DNA of 61,999 nt from Sedimentisphaerales bacterium (GCA_035529475.1 DATKWR010000836.1:1-61999), one strand, 5' to 3'. Numbered from the stretch's first letter, positions 7,076-15,966 are shown. Made by a program: numbers and translations. The notes: a model not told the origin generated them from the letters alone.

Positions 7076-9244
7076 ATGAACAAGGCTCTCCAAGACAGTT
7101 TCCTCTTCAGCTCCATGGCGGGCAAGGCCATAGCGCTGAACCAGTTGGACGTGGTGTTCCCCGAACTCTTCGGAAAGGACGCCCAGAAAACCGTACAGTA
7201 TGTCTACAAGAGCGTGTCCTGGATATTCAGGGCCACGCGGATACGCTGCCACGCTCTGTCCGGACTGCCCTATCAGCTATACAAGGGCAAAAGGATAGTT
7301 GCAGAGTCCGACAAGCCGGAATCCAACCAGCCCTTCAGCAACACTGACTTGGAATGGCTGCTCTGGCGCACGGAAGCCGCAAGGTGCATGTTCGGGGCGT
7401 CTTTTTGGCTGAAGAGGCCCGCGAACGAAGAGTTGCAGTGGCTCAACCCGAATCCGCGCTATATGGAAGTGCTCACCGGCCCTTCCGGCATCATCGGTTT
7501 CCAACAGAAGAACACGACCAATGATCGGACATACAGACCCGACCAGATAGTCTACATGCCGACCTGGAATCCAGACGATGATCTGAAACCGGGCGTCGCC
7601 TGCGCGCAGGTTGCCCTGGATGACGCGATGCTGGCGGTCTACACGACCACGATGGCCAGCGGGAAGTTCGAGCACGGTGCGCTTCTGGACATCATACTGA
7701 CGACGGACCAGCCAAGCCCGCCGCCAGAGGAAGTCGAACGCATCCGCGGCATGATCGAGACCATACATCAGGGCGTCAAGAAGTGGTTCAAGACGCTCAT
7801 ATTGGGAAGGGGGCTGAAGCCCACCGTGATTGGCCAGCGGATGAACGAACTCGCGCTGCCGGAACTGGAAGACCAGACCAGAGAGCGGATCGCCGCGGCA
7901 TACGGAATGAGCGTCACGTACCTGGAGGGCGGGGCGGCGAGCAGGGCGACGGCCCAGGAAGAAACCCTCAAATTCGTCACCGGGACCCTCATCCCGGACG
8001 CCCGCATCATCCAATCCTCCATGAACCGCCAGCTCTGGGAGCCGCTGGGCTACCGGTGGGAATACCAATTCAACAAGATCGAGGCGATGCAGCAGAACGA
8101 GGCCATGAAGGGCCAGGAATACGCCCGGCTGCTGTTCCAGTTGGGTAAGCAATACGAGGCGAACATCCTCACGCGCGAGCGCGCGGTGTACATCGGCGAG
8201 CAGTTATGGGACCAGATAGGCATACCCATACCCGAGAACATGCCGGACAAGGAACCGGAACCGCCAAAACAGGAGCCGGAACCCGTCCAGGCACCACTGG
8301 AGGGGCAACCAGGCATACAGCCGGAGGGCGACGACCTGCGCACGTGGCGCAGACGGTCGCTGAAGCGTTTCAAGGAGGGCGGCGACTTCCGTGGGCCCTT
8401 CGAGAGCAAGGTTCTAAGTCAGGAAACGAAAGATGTGGTGGCCCTATCCCTAGAGATGGCCGAGACCGCCGAGGACATACGGGGTGCCTTCGATCCCCCT
8501 TTTGCTAAGGCCGTCCGCGAGACGGCTGACGGACAGAGGGACCCGGACGCCGAGAACAAGGACAGGGACGAGGCCAGACTGACAAGACTGCTCACAAGGT
8601 TCTTCAGGGAACAGCTTGCCCGGATCATGCGCAAACTGGGCAGGAAACCGGACATTAACAAGGTGGATTACGCCTTCTGGGAGAAGGAACGGGCCGGGTT
8701 GATGCACGTTTTGGGGCCGAACCTGGAGCGCATGGCGGCGACGGCGGCGGAGACGATGTACGAGAACAACCCCGTCACCGGCCAGAAGCAGGACATATCC
8801 CTGGCATTTGATTGGGGCCTCATAGCGGACGCCGCGGCTACGTGGGCCGAACTCTACGTGGGCCAGCTGATAACCCAGATAGACGGGACGACGCAGCGGG
8901 GCGTGAGGCAGAAGGTCAACCAGTTCGTCACCACTCCCGGGATGACAATAGGGGACCTGAGCGACAACCTCGGCAAGTGGTTCGGGCCCACCAGGGCCAG
9001 CATGATAGCCGTCACCGAGACCACCAGGGCATACGCCGAGGGGCAGAGGGTGTTCGCCGACAGGGCCAAGGGCGCGGGATTCAATGTTGTGGCGGTGTGG
9101 CAGACGAGCTACGATGAACTGGTTTGTGATGTATGCGGACCGAACCATGGCAAGCCCCAAACCGAGGGCTGGACAGTTGATTGGTTCCCGGCCCATCCAC
9201 GTTGTAGATGCTGGCCCACGCACGAATGGCTAGGAATGCTGTAG
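7076..9244 (+). CDS. portal protein fused to a MuF/SPP1 gp7-like minor head domain
   Basis: 722 aa. The N-terminal ~400 aa are portal-like. The C-terminus reads AVTETTRAYAEG...DELVCDVCGPNHG...FPAHPRCRCW, the Phage_Mu_F signature. Confidence 0.8.
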   Translation: MNKALQDSFLFSSMAGKAIALNQLDVVFPELFGKDAQKTVQYVYKSVSWIFRATRIRCHALSGLPYQLYKGKRIVAESDKPESNQPFSNTDLEWLLWRTEAARCMFGASFWLKRPANEELQWLNPNPRYMEVLTGPSGIIGFQQKNTTNDRTYRPDQIVYMPTWNPDDDLKPGVACAQVALDDAMLAVYTTTMASGKFEHGALLDIILTTDQPSPPPEEVERIRGMIETIHQGVKKWFKTLILGRGLKPTVIGQRMNELALPELEDQTRERIAAAYGMSVTYLEGGAASRATAQEETLKFVTGTLIPDARIIQSSMNRQLWEPLGYRWEYQFNKIEAMQQNEAMKGQEYARLLFQLGKQYEANILTRERAVYIGEQLWDQIGIPIPENMPDKEPEPPKQEPEPVQAPLEGQPGIQPEGDDLRTWRRRSLKRFKEGGDFRGPFESKVLSQETKDVVALSLEMAETAEDIRGAFDPPFAKAVRETADGQRDPDAENKDRDEARLTRLLTRFFREQLARIMRKLGRKPDINKVDYAFWEKERAGLMHVLGPNLERMAATAAETMYENNPVTGQKQDISLAFDWGLIADAAATWAELYVGQLITQIDGTTQRGVRQKVNQFVTTPGMTIGDLSDNLGKWFGPTRASMIAVTETTRAYAEGQRVFADRAKGAGFNVVAVWQTSYDELVCDVCGPNHGKPQTEGWTVDWFPAHPRCRCWPTHEWLGML

Positions 9245-9271
9245 AATGACCGTCACCATCAAGGAGGAAAT

Positions 9272-9460
9272 ATGGCAAAAAGAAGTCTAACGATTCGATG
9301 TTCTGATGAGCAGTGGGAGCGCATTAAGGACGCCAATCAGGATGAACGCTATGGCAAGACGACCGTGACGGTTCGGATTTGTAGGGTTGCGAGTAGGTCA
9401 GCGGAATCAATAGACATTGACTTGCAATGCGGAGAAGACAGCGGTGACGGTCAGCATTAA
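9272..9460 (+). CDS. hypothetical small protein
   Basis: 62 aa with CAAGGAGGAAAT before the ATG. Confidence 0.5.
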   Translation: MAKRSLTIRCSDEQWERIKDANQDERYGKTTVTVRICRVASRSAESIDIDLQCGEDSGDGQH

Positions 9461-9917
9461 GATCGAGGGCCTTGACAAACTGATGGACACCCTGGGCAAC
9501 CTGGAGGGTGCCAAGTACATGCGCGGCGTGCTGGAAGTCGCAGGGGAGCACGTCAGGAGCAAGATAGCGATAGAACCGCCAATTAACCGAAACTATCCAC
9601 TCCCATGGGCAAGTGAGGATCAGCGCAGACAATACATCGCCATGCGGCGCGCAGCGGGTCTTTCACCACGATATGATAGGAATAGCGATAGGTTGAGCGA
9701 ACGCCTCAGCCCGTCCTGGACGACCAAAGTTGCATCTGGCGGATTAAGTGCTACAATAGGGACCAAGGCAAGCTACGCCCGCCTCGTGCAGGACAGGGAC
9801 GTGCAGACCGAGATGCACAAACGCACTGGCTGGGTGACGGCCCAGGACGTGGTGGAGAAGGAATCTGACCGGATAGTGGACATGATAGGCGACGCCATAG
9901 ACAGGGCGATGGCCTGA
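9444..9917 (+). CDS. HK97 gp10-like neck/tail-completion family protein
   Basis: The track ORF starts at TTG 9417. GTG 9444 after GGAGAAG gives VTVSIKIEGLDKL, and ATIGTKASYARLVQ matches the gp10-family pattern. The start is uncertain. Confidence 0.45.
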   Translation: MTVSIKIEGLDKLMDTLGNLEGAKYMRGVLEVAGEHVRSKIAIEPPINRNYPLPWASEDQRRQYIAMRRAAGLSPRYDRNSDRLSERLSPSWTTKVASGGLSATIGTKASYARLVQDRDVQTEMHKRTGWVTAQDVVEKESDRIVDMIGDAIDRAMA

Positions 9918-9918
9918 G

Positions 9919-10035
9919 ATGCTGGAGTCGCGCAACCTCTGGATGGCCATACGCCAGGCAATCATCATCATCCTGGGCGCGATAGAGGAATACTTAGGAA
10001 TGCCGAGGAGCATAGTACCGAAGCACAAGCGATAA
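9919..10035 (+). CDS. possible 38-aa ORF
   Basis: It translates to MLESRNLWMAIRQAIIIILGAIEEYLGMPRSIVPKHKR and starts 2 nt after the upstream stop. It is below the track cutoff. Confidence 0.3.
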   Translation: MLESRNLWMAIRQAIIIILGAIEEYLGMPRSIVPKHKR

Positions 10036-10059
10036 CAGAATAGCCACCGGTCTTTAGAT

Positions 10060-10120
10060 CAGCGGCCTTTTCGGGAACCACCATGACAGCGGTTCCGGGA
10101 AGGGCCGCTGTTTGCATTTG
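10060..10120 (+). terminator. candidate intrinsic terminator or attenuator inside the head module
   Basis: CAGCGGCC (10060-10067) pairs with GGCCGCTG (10103-10110). There is an inner GGAACC/GGTTCC helix, followed by TTTGCATTTG. Confidence 0.45.
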
Positions 10121-10131
10121 TGGAGGCAGGA

Positions 10132-10872
10132 ATGGACGAATTCGACGAGACGGAGAACGAGATTATCGACGACCCGGTCGGGCCCTCCCGGCTGGAATTC
10201 GGGATACACCGGGCCAGCTACAGGGCCGCCGTAATCACCGACGAGAGTGGCAACATCCTGGGCACGCCGGAGAATCCGGTTCCAACGGAAGTGATAGTCG
10301 AGGGCGATGCGGCGGCGGCGGAGAACCCGTTGCCGATCGAAGTCATAGTGAACGACGCCCCGGCGGGCATTCCTAATCCCCTGCCCGTGGAGATCATCAT
10401 AGACGGCGGGCGCGCCGACGATGATAAGCCTGTCACGACAGATGAGATCATCCGCACCAACGACGTGATAACGCTCATCGACGATGTGCGGATAGACGAC
10501 GCCCCGACGAGTTTCATCAGCAAGCCCTTCGATGTGCAGGAATACGCCGGGGCCTGGCTCTACATCTCCGTCGACAGCACGCTCGCGCCCACGCACCTGC
10601 GCATCCTGGTGCAGTTCAGCCATGACTACGACGGGGAGATGGGCGCTGGCGCGGCGATCTGGTCGGACTTCGAGGAGGGTTTCTGGGCTAGTCTTGGCTG
10701 GGAGGACACCGACACGGCGAGCGGGGTTTGGAAAACGTACTATCTGCCCGTCGCGGGGCAGAACTTCTTGCGAGTTCAGGCGGTGGGGACGGGCACGGAC
10801 GCGAACAACTACTTTGACGTGACTGTCCGGATCCGCAAATTCCGTGGTCCTCACGGGGTGGCGCACGCATGA
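10132..10872 (+). CDS. hypothetical head-module protein with NP(V/L)PxE(V/I)I(V/I) repeats
   Basis: ATG 10132 follows GGAGG. The acidic N-terminus has three repeats (NPVPTEVIVEG, NPLPIEVIVND, NPLPVEIIIDG). The C-terminal half is beta-rich. Confidence 0.6.
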   Translation: MDEFDETENEIIDDPVGPSRLEFGIHRASYRAAVITDESGNILGTPENPVPTEVIVEGDAAAAENPLPIEVIVNDAPAGIPNPLPVEIIIDGGRADDDKPVTTDEIIRTNDVITLIDDVRIDDAPTSFISKPFDVQEYAGAWLYISVDSTLAPTHLRILVQFSHDYDGEMGAGAAIWSDFEEGFWASLGWEDTDTASGVWKTYYLPVAGQNFLRVQAVGTGTDANNYFDVTVRIRKFRGPHGVAHA

Positions 10873-11249
10873 CGGCGGGGAGAGTCATCAGGCAGTTTGG
10901 AACTCCAGCGGTTACTGGTATTGGATTGACCTGGGACGGGGCCTTCCTGTGGCACTGCGATAGAGGGACTGCTCAAATCTATAAGATCGATCCATGGACA
11001 GGCATAGTGAAACGGCAATTCGCGAGTCCGGCAGCTACTCCATATGGCCTCGCCTGGGACGGAGCCTTCCTGTGGAACTCTGATGGCACTCCGGTCGACC
11101 AAATCTATAAGATCGATCCATGGACAGGAAGGGTTGTCACGCAGTTCGCCTCTCCCGGGACAGGACCTACTGGGCTGACCTGGGATGGCCGGTGCTTGTG
11201 GGGTTGTGATGTCACCGCCGCTCAAATCTATCAGATTTCCGTGAACTAG
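10869..11249 (+). CDS. three-repeat beta-propeller-blade-like protein
   Basis: 126 aa made of 3 x ~42 aa repeats with the pattern QF.SP....GL(T/A)WDG..LW..D....QIYKIDPWTG. Confidence 0.65.
   Translation: MTAGRVIRQFGTPAVTGIGLTWDGAFLWHCDRGTAQIYKIDPWTGIVKRQFASPAATPYGLAWDGAFLWNSDGTPVDQIYKIDPWTGRVVTQFASPGTGPTGLTWDGRCLWGCDVTAAQIYQISVN
10884..11246 (+). repeat. about 126-bp tandem coding repeat, 3 copies
   Basis: CAAATCTATAAGATCGATCCATGGACAGG occurs at 10973 and again at 11100. Confidence 0.8.
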
Positions 11250-11257
11250 GAGCATTC

Positions 11258-11473
11258 ATGCCCATAATCAGATTGACCGAGACGGCTTGGCAGAATAGAG
11301 AATTGAACAGGGTACGTGCTGTGCTCACGCAGAACCTCAAAAGAACCGGGATGGAACAGAGCGGATTGATCCGTTTCCTCAAGCGGTATCTGGGCACGGT
11401 ATACACACCGGAGGAACTGCTGTGGTTCCGCGACCAGTTGATCAACGAGGGATCGATTGAGATAGAGGGGTGA
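11258..11473 (+). CDS. hypothetical protein
   Basis: 71 aa, sitting between the head-module genes. Confidence 0.55.
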   Translation: MPIIRLTETAWQNRELNRVRAVLTQNLKRTGMEQSGLIRFLKRYLGTVYTPEELLWFRDQLINEGSIEIEG

Positions 11474-11476
11474 CAT

Positions 11477-13729
11477 ATGCCATACGCGAGCATGGAAGAC
11501 GTGAATCCGGCGATAAGGGGAATTGATCCGCCCGTGACGTTGGGCCAGGCGAACAAGATCGCCGAGTGGGCGGACGCGATAACGGGCGCCGAGAACCCGT
11601 GGGCCGTTGCAATAAGTCAATTCAAGAAACTCTACAAAGTAGAGGATGGTAAGTGGGTGCTCAAGGAGCCGGAGAAATCGTTAGAAGAGCCAGTGATTGA
11701 GGAGAAGGCCGTGGAAACGGCGCCGGAAACACCTAGCGAGCCACCGGAAGACGAGATTGGCGAGTTGACAGAGGAATCCCTGGTCGCCTTCGGGGGGCCT
11801 CTCAAGGCGTTGGGCAATGGGCGTGTGGGCGGCTCACTGATCCAATATGGCGATATTGACCACCGGGACCTGGAGAAGGAATGGTTCAGCCCACGCACAT
11901 ACCTGGGCGCGCGCGGGGGCGACGGGGCGGACTGCATGTTCCATCACGGCCTTGTGGTTGCCGAGGGTTACGAGAAGGAAGCCGACCATCTTTTCCGGCC
12001 TATCTCCGTGAAGGAAACGGACTATGGCAAGTTCGCCGAGACCGTCCTGAATATGGCCGATGACTACGAAAAGATGATCTATGACCTGGCCACAGCGGGC
12101 AAACTGGGCTGGTCGAGCGCAACAGCATCACACTTGAGGAAGGTGACGGAGGAGGGCGAGATAATCCGCTGGCCCATCATCGAGGCCAGCATGACACCGA
12201 TGCCAGCGGAGCCACGGAATCGAATCGTGGCCCTGAAGACATACAAGGCCGAGGCGGGACCGGCGCTCAAGGCGCTGCTGCCAAAGGTGGACGCGGGGGC
12301 GTCCACGGCGGGCGCGAGCAAAGAGATAGTCAAGGCCAAACCGAAACGAAAGAGAGACAAGACAGGAGACAGAGAGATGAAAATGGAAGTATTTCCCCTC
12401 GCAGGCCAATTCGCGGCCTATGAGGTGGATGAGGATGGACAGAAGACCGGAGAGGCCCGACACGTTGATCCTGATGAGGGCAAGGTGAAGACTTGGATCG
12501 TGGGGCAACAGCCTATCCAGATGAATGCCGAGACGTTGGTTCTTCTGGCCAATCAGAGTGCGGACGCGACGGCGCAAGCGGTTGTTAAGGCCATACAGGG
12601 CATGGAAAAGGCCAGGACTGAACCGTTGGGCGGATTCACGACCAGGACGAGCGACTCCGTGCCAGTCAAGGTCTGGAGTCCGCGGGATCGGGGTGCATTC
12701 TGGGTCGCTGTCGCAAACAACGACCGGAACACCCTAAAGAACATGGGCTCGCAGTGGGTAGAGTACCAGTACGAGGCGAAGGACGAGGTCAAGGTTCTGG
12801 GCGACCAGACCGGCGCTGCCGGTGGCTTCACGGTTCCACCTGGAATCAGCAATGATTTCATCCGCATCGATCCCGAAGACGAGATCGTGATGCCCAGGGC
12901 CGACGTCATTCCCATGACCACGCGGACACTTCCCGTACCCGGTCTGGACACGACCGGCTCGACGCCAGGACGTTCCAACTTCTTCGGCGGCGTTGTCATG
13001 CACTGGGTGGAAACCGGCACGCAAAAGGGCGAGACCGAACCCGCCTTCACGCAGATCGAATTGGTTGCGCATGAGGCGTCAGGCTACACCGAAGTGAAAG
13101 AGGCCCTTCTGGCCGATTCGCCCATAAGCCTGGATACGCTGCTTCGGGGGTTATTCCGGGAGGCCGTGACATTCTATCGGGACGAGGCCTTTCTGGATGG
13201 AACGGCGGTGGGTCAGCCACAGGGCGTCATCATGGCACCCGGCACCTTTGTGCAGGCGCGGCAGACGGCGGGGACGATCACATATCTGGACCTTGTGCGC
13301 ATGAAGGGGCATTTCCTTCCGAGGTCCTGGACGCGCGGCATGTGGGTCTTCCACATTTCGTGCTATGAGACGCTGCGGACGCTGCAGGATCCCGCAGGGC
13401 ACTACATCTGGGCCACGGACGCCGTTGGCGGCGAGCCGCAGACCATCCTTGGTTTGCCATGGACGTTCACCGAGAAGACCAGAACCCTGGGATTGCGTGG
13501 CGATGTGATACTGGCCGACTGGAAGTATTACTACGTCGGCAACCGGCAGGACTTCACCGTTGCGGCTAGCCGCGATGCCGAGCATGTCTTCCGCCAGAAC
13601 CGGGTTGCGTACAAGTTCGTGATCCGGGTTGATGGTCAGGAAAAGTTGCGTGCGCCCGTGTTCCTGAAGGACGGTGTTACCGAGGTTTCGCCGTTCGTGG
13701 TTCTCGATGTAGAAGCGGCGACTTCATAG
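11477..13729 (+). CDS. ChaB-like domain, HK97-type prohead protease and HK97-fold major capsid protein fused in one ORF
   Basis: 750 aa. The N-terminal NPWAVAISQFKKLYKVEDGKWV is ChaB-like. The middle GGSLIQYGDIDHRDLEKEWF..CMFHHG..IIEASMTPMPAEP is S78 protease-like. The C-terminal GAAGGFTVPP..HWVETGTQKGETEP..EVKEALLADSP is Phage_capsid-like. Confidence 0.8.
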   Translation: MPYASMEDVNPAIRGIDPPVTLGQANKIAEWADAITGAENPWAVAISQFKKLYKVEDGKWVLKEPEKSLEEPVIEEKAVETAPETPSEPPEDEIGELTEESLVAFGGPLKALGNGRVGGSLIQYGDIDHRDLEKEWFSPRTYLGARGGDGADCMFHHGLVVAEGYEKEADHLFRPISVKETDYGKFAETVLNMADDYEKMIYDLATAGKLGWSSATASHLRKVTEEGEIIRWPIIEASMTPMPAEPRNRIVALKTYKAEAGPALKALLPKVDAGASTAGASKEIVKAKPKRKRDKTGDREMKMEVFPLAGQFAAYEVDEDGQKTGEARHVDPDEGKVKTWIVGQQPIQMNAETLVLLANQSADATAQAVVKAIQGMEKARTEPLGGFTTRTSDSVPVKVWSPRDRGAFWVAVANNDRNTLKNMGSQWVEYQYEAKDEVKVLGDQTGAAGGFTVPPGISNDFIRIDPEDEIVMPRADVIPMTTRTLPVPGLDTTGSTPGRSNFFGGVVMHWVETGTQKGETEPAFTQIELVAHEASGYTEVKEALLADSPISLDTLLRGLFREAVTFYRDEAFLDGTAVGQPQGVIMAPGTFVQARQTAGTITYLDLVRMKGHFLPRSWTRGMWVFHISCYETLRTLQDPAGHYIWATDAVGGEPQTILGLPWTFTEKTRTLGLRGDVILADWKYYYVGNRQDFTVAASRDAEHVFRQNRVAYKFVIRVDGQEKLRAPVFLKDGVTEVSPFVVLDVEAATS

Positions 13730-13742
13730 GAGATATGACAAC

Positions 13743-14186
13743 ATGAGTTATACAAACTTGCCGACTGAACGAGAGGGACTTCTTGGCGAAATCTGCGCGG
13801 TCGCGGCACCCGCGGGAACCTACCGCACCGCGCCGACCTGGATGTCGATGGAGAACTTCCACCAGGCCAAGGTTACTCTGACCGTTGGCGATATGGCGGC
13901 CACATCCACGCTGGATATGGCTCTTCTGCAGGCGCAGGACGCCAATGGGACTGGCTCAAAGGCGCTCAAGGCGATCACGCAGCTGACCGCAGCCGGGGGC
14001 GATGAGCACGACATAGACTACATCAACCTACGGACCGAAGAGATGGACGTGCAGAATCTCTTTACGCACATCTGCGTAAGGGTGCGTGTTGGAACCGCGG
14101 CCGTCTGCTTCTCCGTGATCGCCGAGGGACGTATCCCGCGCGCGGCACCGGTGGACACATCGCGAGCGACCGAGATAATCGCCTAG
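13743..14186 (+). CDS. putative capsid-associated protein
   Basis: 147 aa immediately after the capsid gene. No recognisable catalytic motif. Confidence 0.4.
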   Translation: MSYTNLPTEREGLLGEICAVAAPAGTYRTAPTWMSMENFHQAKVTLTVGDMAATSTLDMALLQAQDANGTGSKALKAITQLTAAGGDEHDIDYINLRTEEMDVQNLFTHICVRVRVGTAAVCFSVIAEGRIPRAAPVDTSRATEIIA

Positions 14187-14192
14187 AGAGGT

Positions 14193-14255
14193 AGGCCAGG
14201 CCCGCTGAAACTCCTCCACTGGCCTTAGCCCTGGGAACGCGGGACCAACCAGGGC
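14193..14255 (+). promoter_or_regulatory. two consecutive 7-bp stem-loops between the head genes and the glyco-island
   Basis: AGGCCAG (14193) pairs with CTGGCCT (14219), and GCCCTGG (14228) pairs with CCAGGGC (14249). There is no U-tract. Confidence 0.35.
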
Positions 14256-14267
14256 GAACGGAGGAAC

Positions 14268-14909
14268 ATGCCCTTTCTTCAGCTGATTCGGCACCACAGG
14301 TTTCCGGACGAGACCGGGCGTCAGAAGTTGTTCTATCCCGGCGACGTGCTGACCATCAAAAACAAGAAATTGGCCGCGCAGCTCATCAAGGATGGTTTCG
14401 CGATAGACGCGAGCATACAGAGCCAGGACATACCCGACGACGCGGGAATCCTGCTGAGGCGGAAGATCCCCGGCCCGCCCGCGTGGGTGCAGGCGGCGGA
14501 ACTGAAGATGGTGACGGGGAAGTTGTGGAACCTGCCGTTTGCCCATTGTATGATATGGGACCCGGCGATCAAACCGAATAGGCAATTCATCGTGCCGACC
14601 TTCCGGCTGCTCAAGACGAGCGGCTGGGACGTGCTCGCGCCGGTGAGGAGCTACGACAAGCTGCTGAGGGACTTGCCGTTGAGCGATCAGAAGAAGGAAG
14701 CCGAGGAGCTGATCCACGACCTGCGGATTCCGTATTTCCGAACGCGGATGTTCTGGGCGAAACGGAACGAGCGGGTACAGGCACTACTGGACGAGTGGCA
14801 CAAGCGCGTCAAGGCCGGAAGGGACGAGAGGCTGGCCTTCATGGAGGCCGTCTACGTGACCAAGCCCTACATTCTGGCACTGCCCGCGGCCTGGATCGCG
14901 AGCCGATAA
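14268..14909 (+). CDS. divergent GT-A-like protein, first gene of the island
   Basis: 213 aa. RMFWAKRNERVQALLDEWHK aligns with VFWFRRNERTQKLFEVWRK (15032 ORF) and VWAWRRCEATETLLKTFHTEW (17707 ORF). No clear DxD motif. The N-terminal module is shared with the 192 ORF. Confidence 0.4.
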   Translation: MPFLQLIRHHRFPDETGRQKLFYPGDVLTIKNKKLAAQLIKDGFAIDASIQSQDIPDDAGILLRRKIPGPPAWVQAAELKMVTGKLWNLPFAHCMIWDPAIKPNRQFIVPTFRLLKTSGWDVLAPVRSYDKLLRDLPLSDQKKEAEELIHDLRIPYFRTRMFWAKRNERVQALLDEWHKRVKAGRDERLAFMEAVYVTKPYILALPAAWIASR

Positions 14910-14919
14910 GGAGGAAGGG

Positions 14920-15036
14920 TGATTAGTATTCTTGGCTTGCGAGGTCCATGGTATAGTTGGTTGGCTTACGTTGTACTCAGTAGCATCATCAGCACGCTAC
15001 TTCGCAACTATATTGGGAGGCCGCTTGGGTTGTGAA
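14920..15036 (+). CDS. possible 38-aa hydrophobic ORF
   Basis: GTG follows TAAGGAGGAAGG, and there is a GTGA overlap with the 15032 start. The track ORF 14932..15216 in another frame is rejected. Confidence 0.3.
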
Positions 15037-15643
15037 GGGCGTCGTCTACATCGCCTATGGAGAACCTGCGCGGAAAGAGGCCGCCGAATCCATCAAGTCT
15101 CTGAGGCAGCATCACGACTGGCCGGTCGCGGTGATTGGCGAGAAGGTCCTGGACATAGAACCGATCCGCTTCAGGGACAAGGGCGAACCTGGCCGCTGGG
15201 CCAAGGTTCACCTTGACAAACTGTCGCCCTTCGAGCCGACCCTGTACCTGGACGCGGACACGCGCATAAACGGCGACATCTCGTTGGGGTTTGACATACT
15301 CACTGACGGGTGGGACCTGATCATCATACTGAGCAAGATGCAGAACGCGGACTGGTTGTCTTTTTGCAGCGCGGAAGAGCGGGTGGAGACGATGAACGCG
15401 GCGGAGGGAGCTAAGGTCTGCACCGTCGGCGGAGGAGTGTTCTGGTTTCGCAGGAATGAACGAACACAGAAACTCTTCGAGGTCTGGCGCAAGGAATGGA
15501 ATCGCTGGCAGGGCCAGGATCAAGGGGCACTCATAAGGGCCTTGGTGCAATGTCCGGTGAGAATGTGGTTGTTGAGCCGGGAGTTCAACGGCGGGCCGAT
15601 CATAAAACACCGGTTCGGGAAGGCGAAACAAAGGAGGAGATAA
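15032..15643 (+). CDS. GT-A fold (GT8-like) glycosyltransferase
   Basis: 203 aa with a GTG start. It has the DxD motif YLDADT. A paralog lies at 17707. Confidence 0.65.
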   Translation: MKGVVYIAYGEPARKEAAESIKSLRQHHDWPVAVIGEKVLDIEPIRFRDKGEPGRWAKVHLDKLSPFEPTLYLDADTRINGDISLGFDILTDGWDLIIILSKMQNADWLSFCSAEERVETMNAAEGAKVCTVGGGVFWFRRNERTQKLFEVWRKEWNRWQGQDQGALIRALVQCPVRMWLLSREFNGGPIIKHRFGKAKQRRR

Positions 15644-15966
15644 TGGATACACGCACGCACACATTCCTGTTCGATAACTTGGCTGGCAAACGGGCACTGT
15701 TGCGACATCTGGGCGTGCCGGAAGCCGAGATAGACGATGAGCCCCAGATAGGCATTCATAACTATTCATGGGATGATCACGACGGCACATTCGCCTCAAT
15801 TCACTACAAGGGCAGAACGTGGACGGGACTATGCGGCAACGGTTTCGCTATAATTCACGATACGTTCGGTCAGATAGCCTTGTCTTTGCCATCCGGTCAA
15901 ATCTGTAAGGATTGCTGCAAGGGATACTTGGGCTTGCCCCCATATGATGGGGAACGCGTCAAGTGA
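15643..15966 (+). CDS. hypothetical protein within the island
   Basis: ATG 15643 follows AAAGGAGGAG and overlaps the upstream TAA. 107 aa. Confidence 0.6.
   Translation: MDTRTHTFLFDNLAGKRALLRHLGVPEAEIDDEPQIGIHNYSWDDHDGTFASIHYKGRTWTGLCGNGFAIIHDTFGQIALSLPSGQICKDCCKGYLGLPPYDGERVK

Noticed and set aside
14932-15216. A 94-aa track ORF at the start of the island.
   Set aside because: It overlaps the GT-A gene 15032..15643 in another frame and lacks an SD. The short SD-led GTG ORF 14920..15036 fits the junction better.
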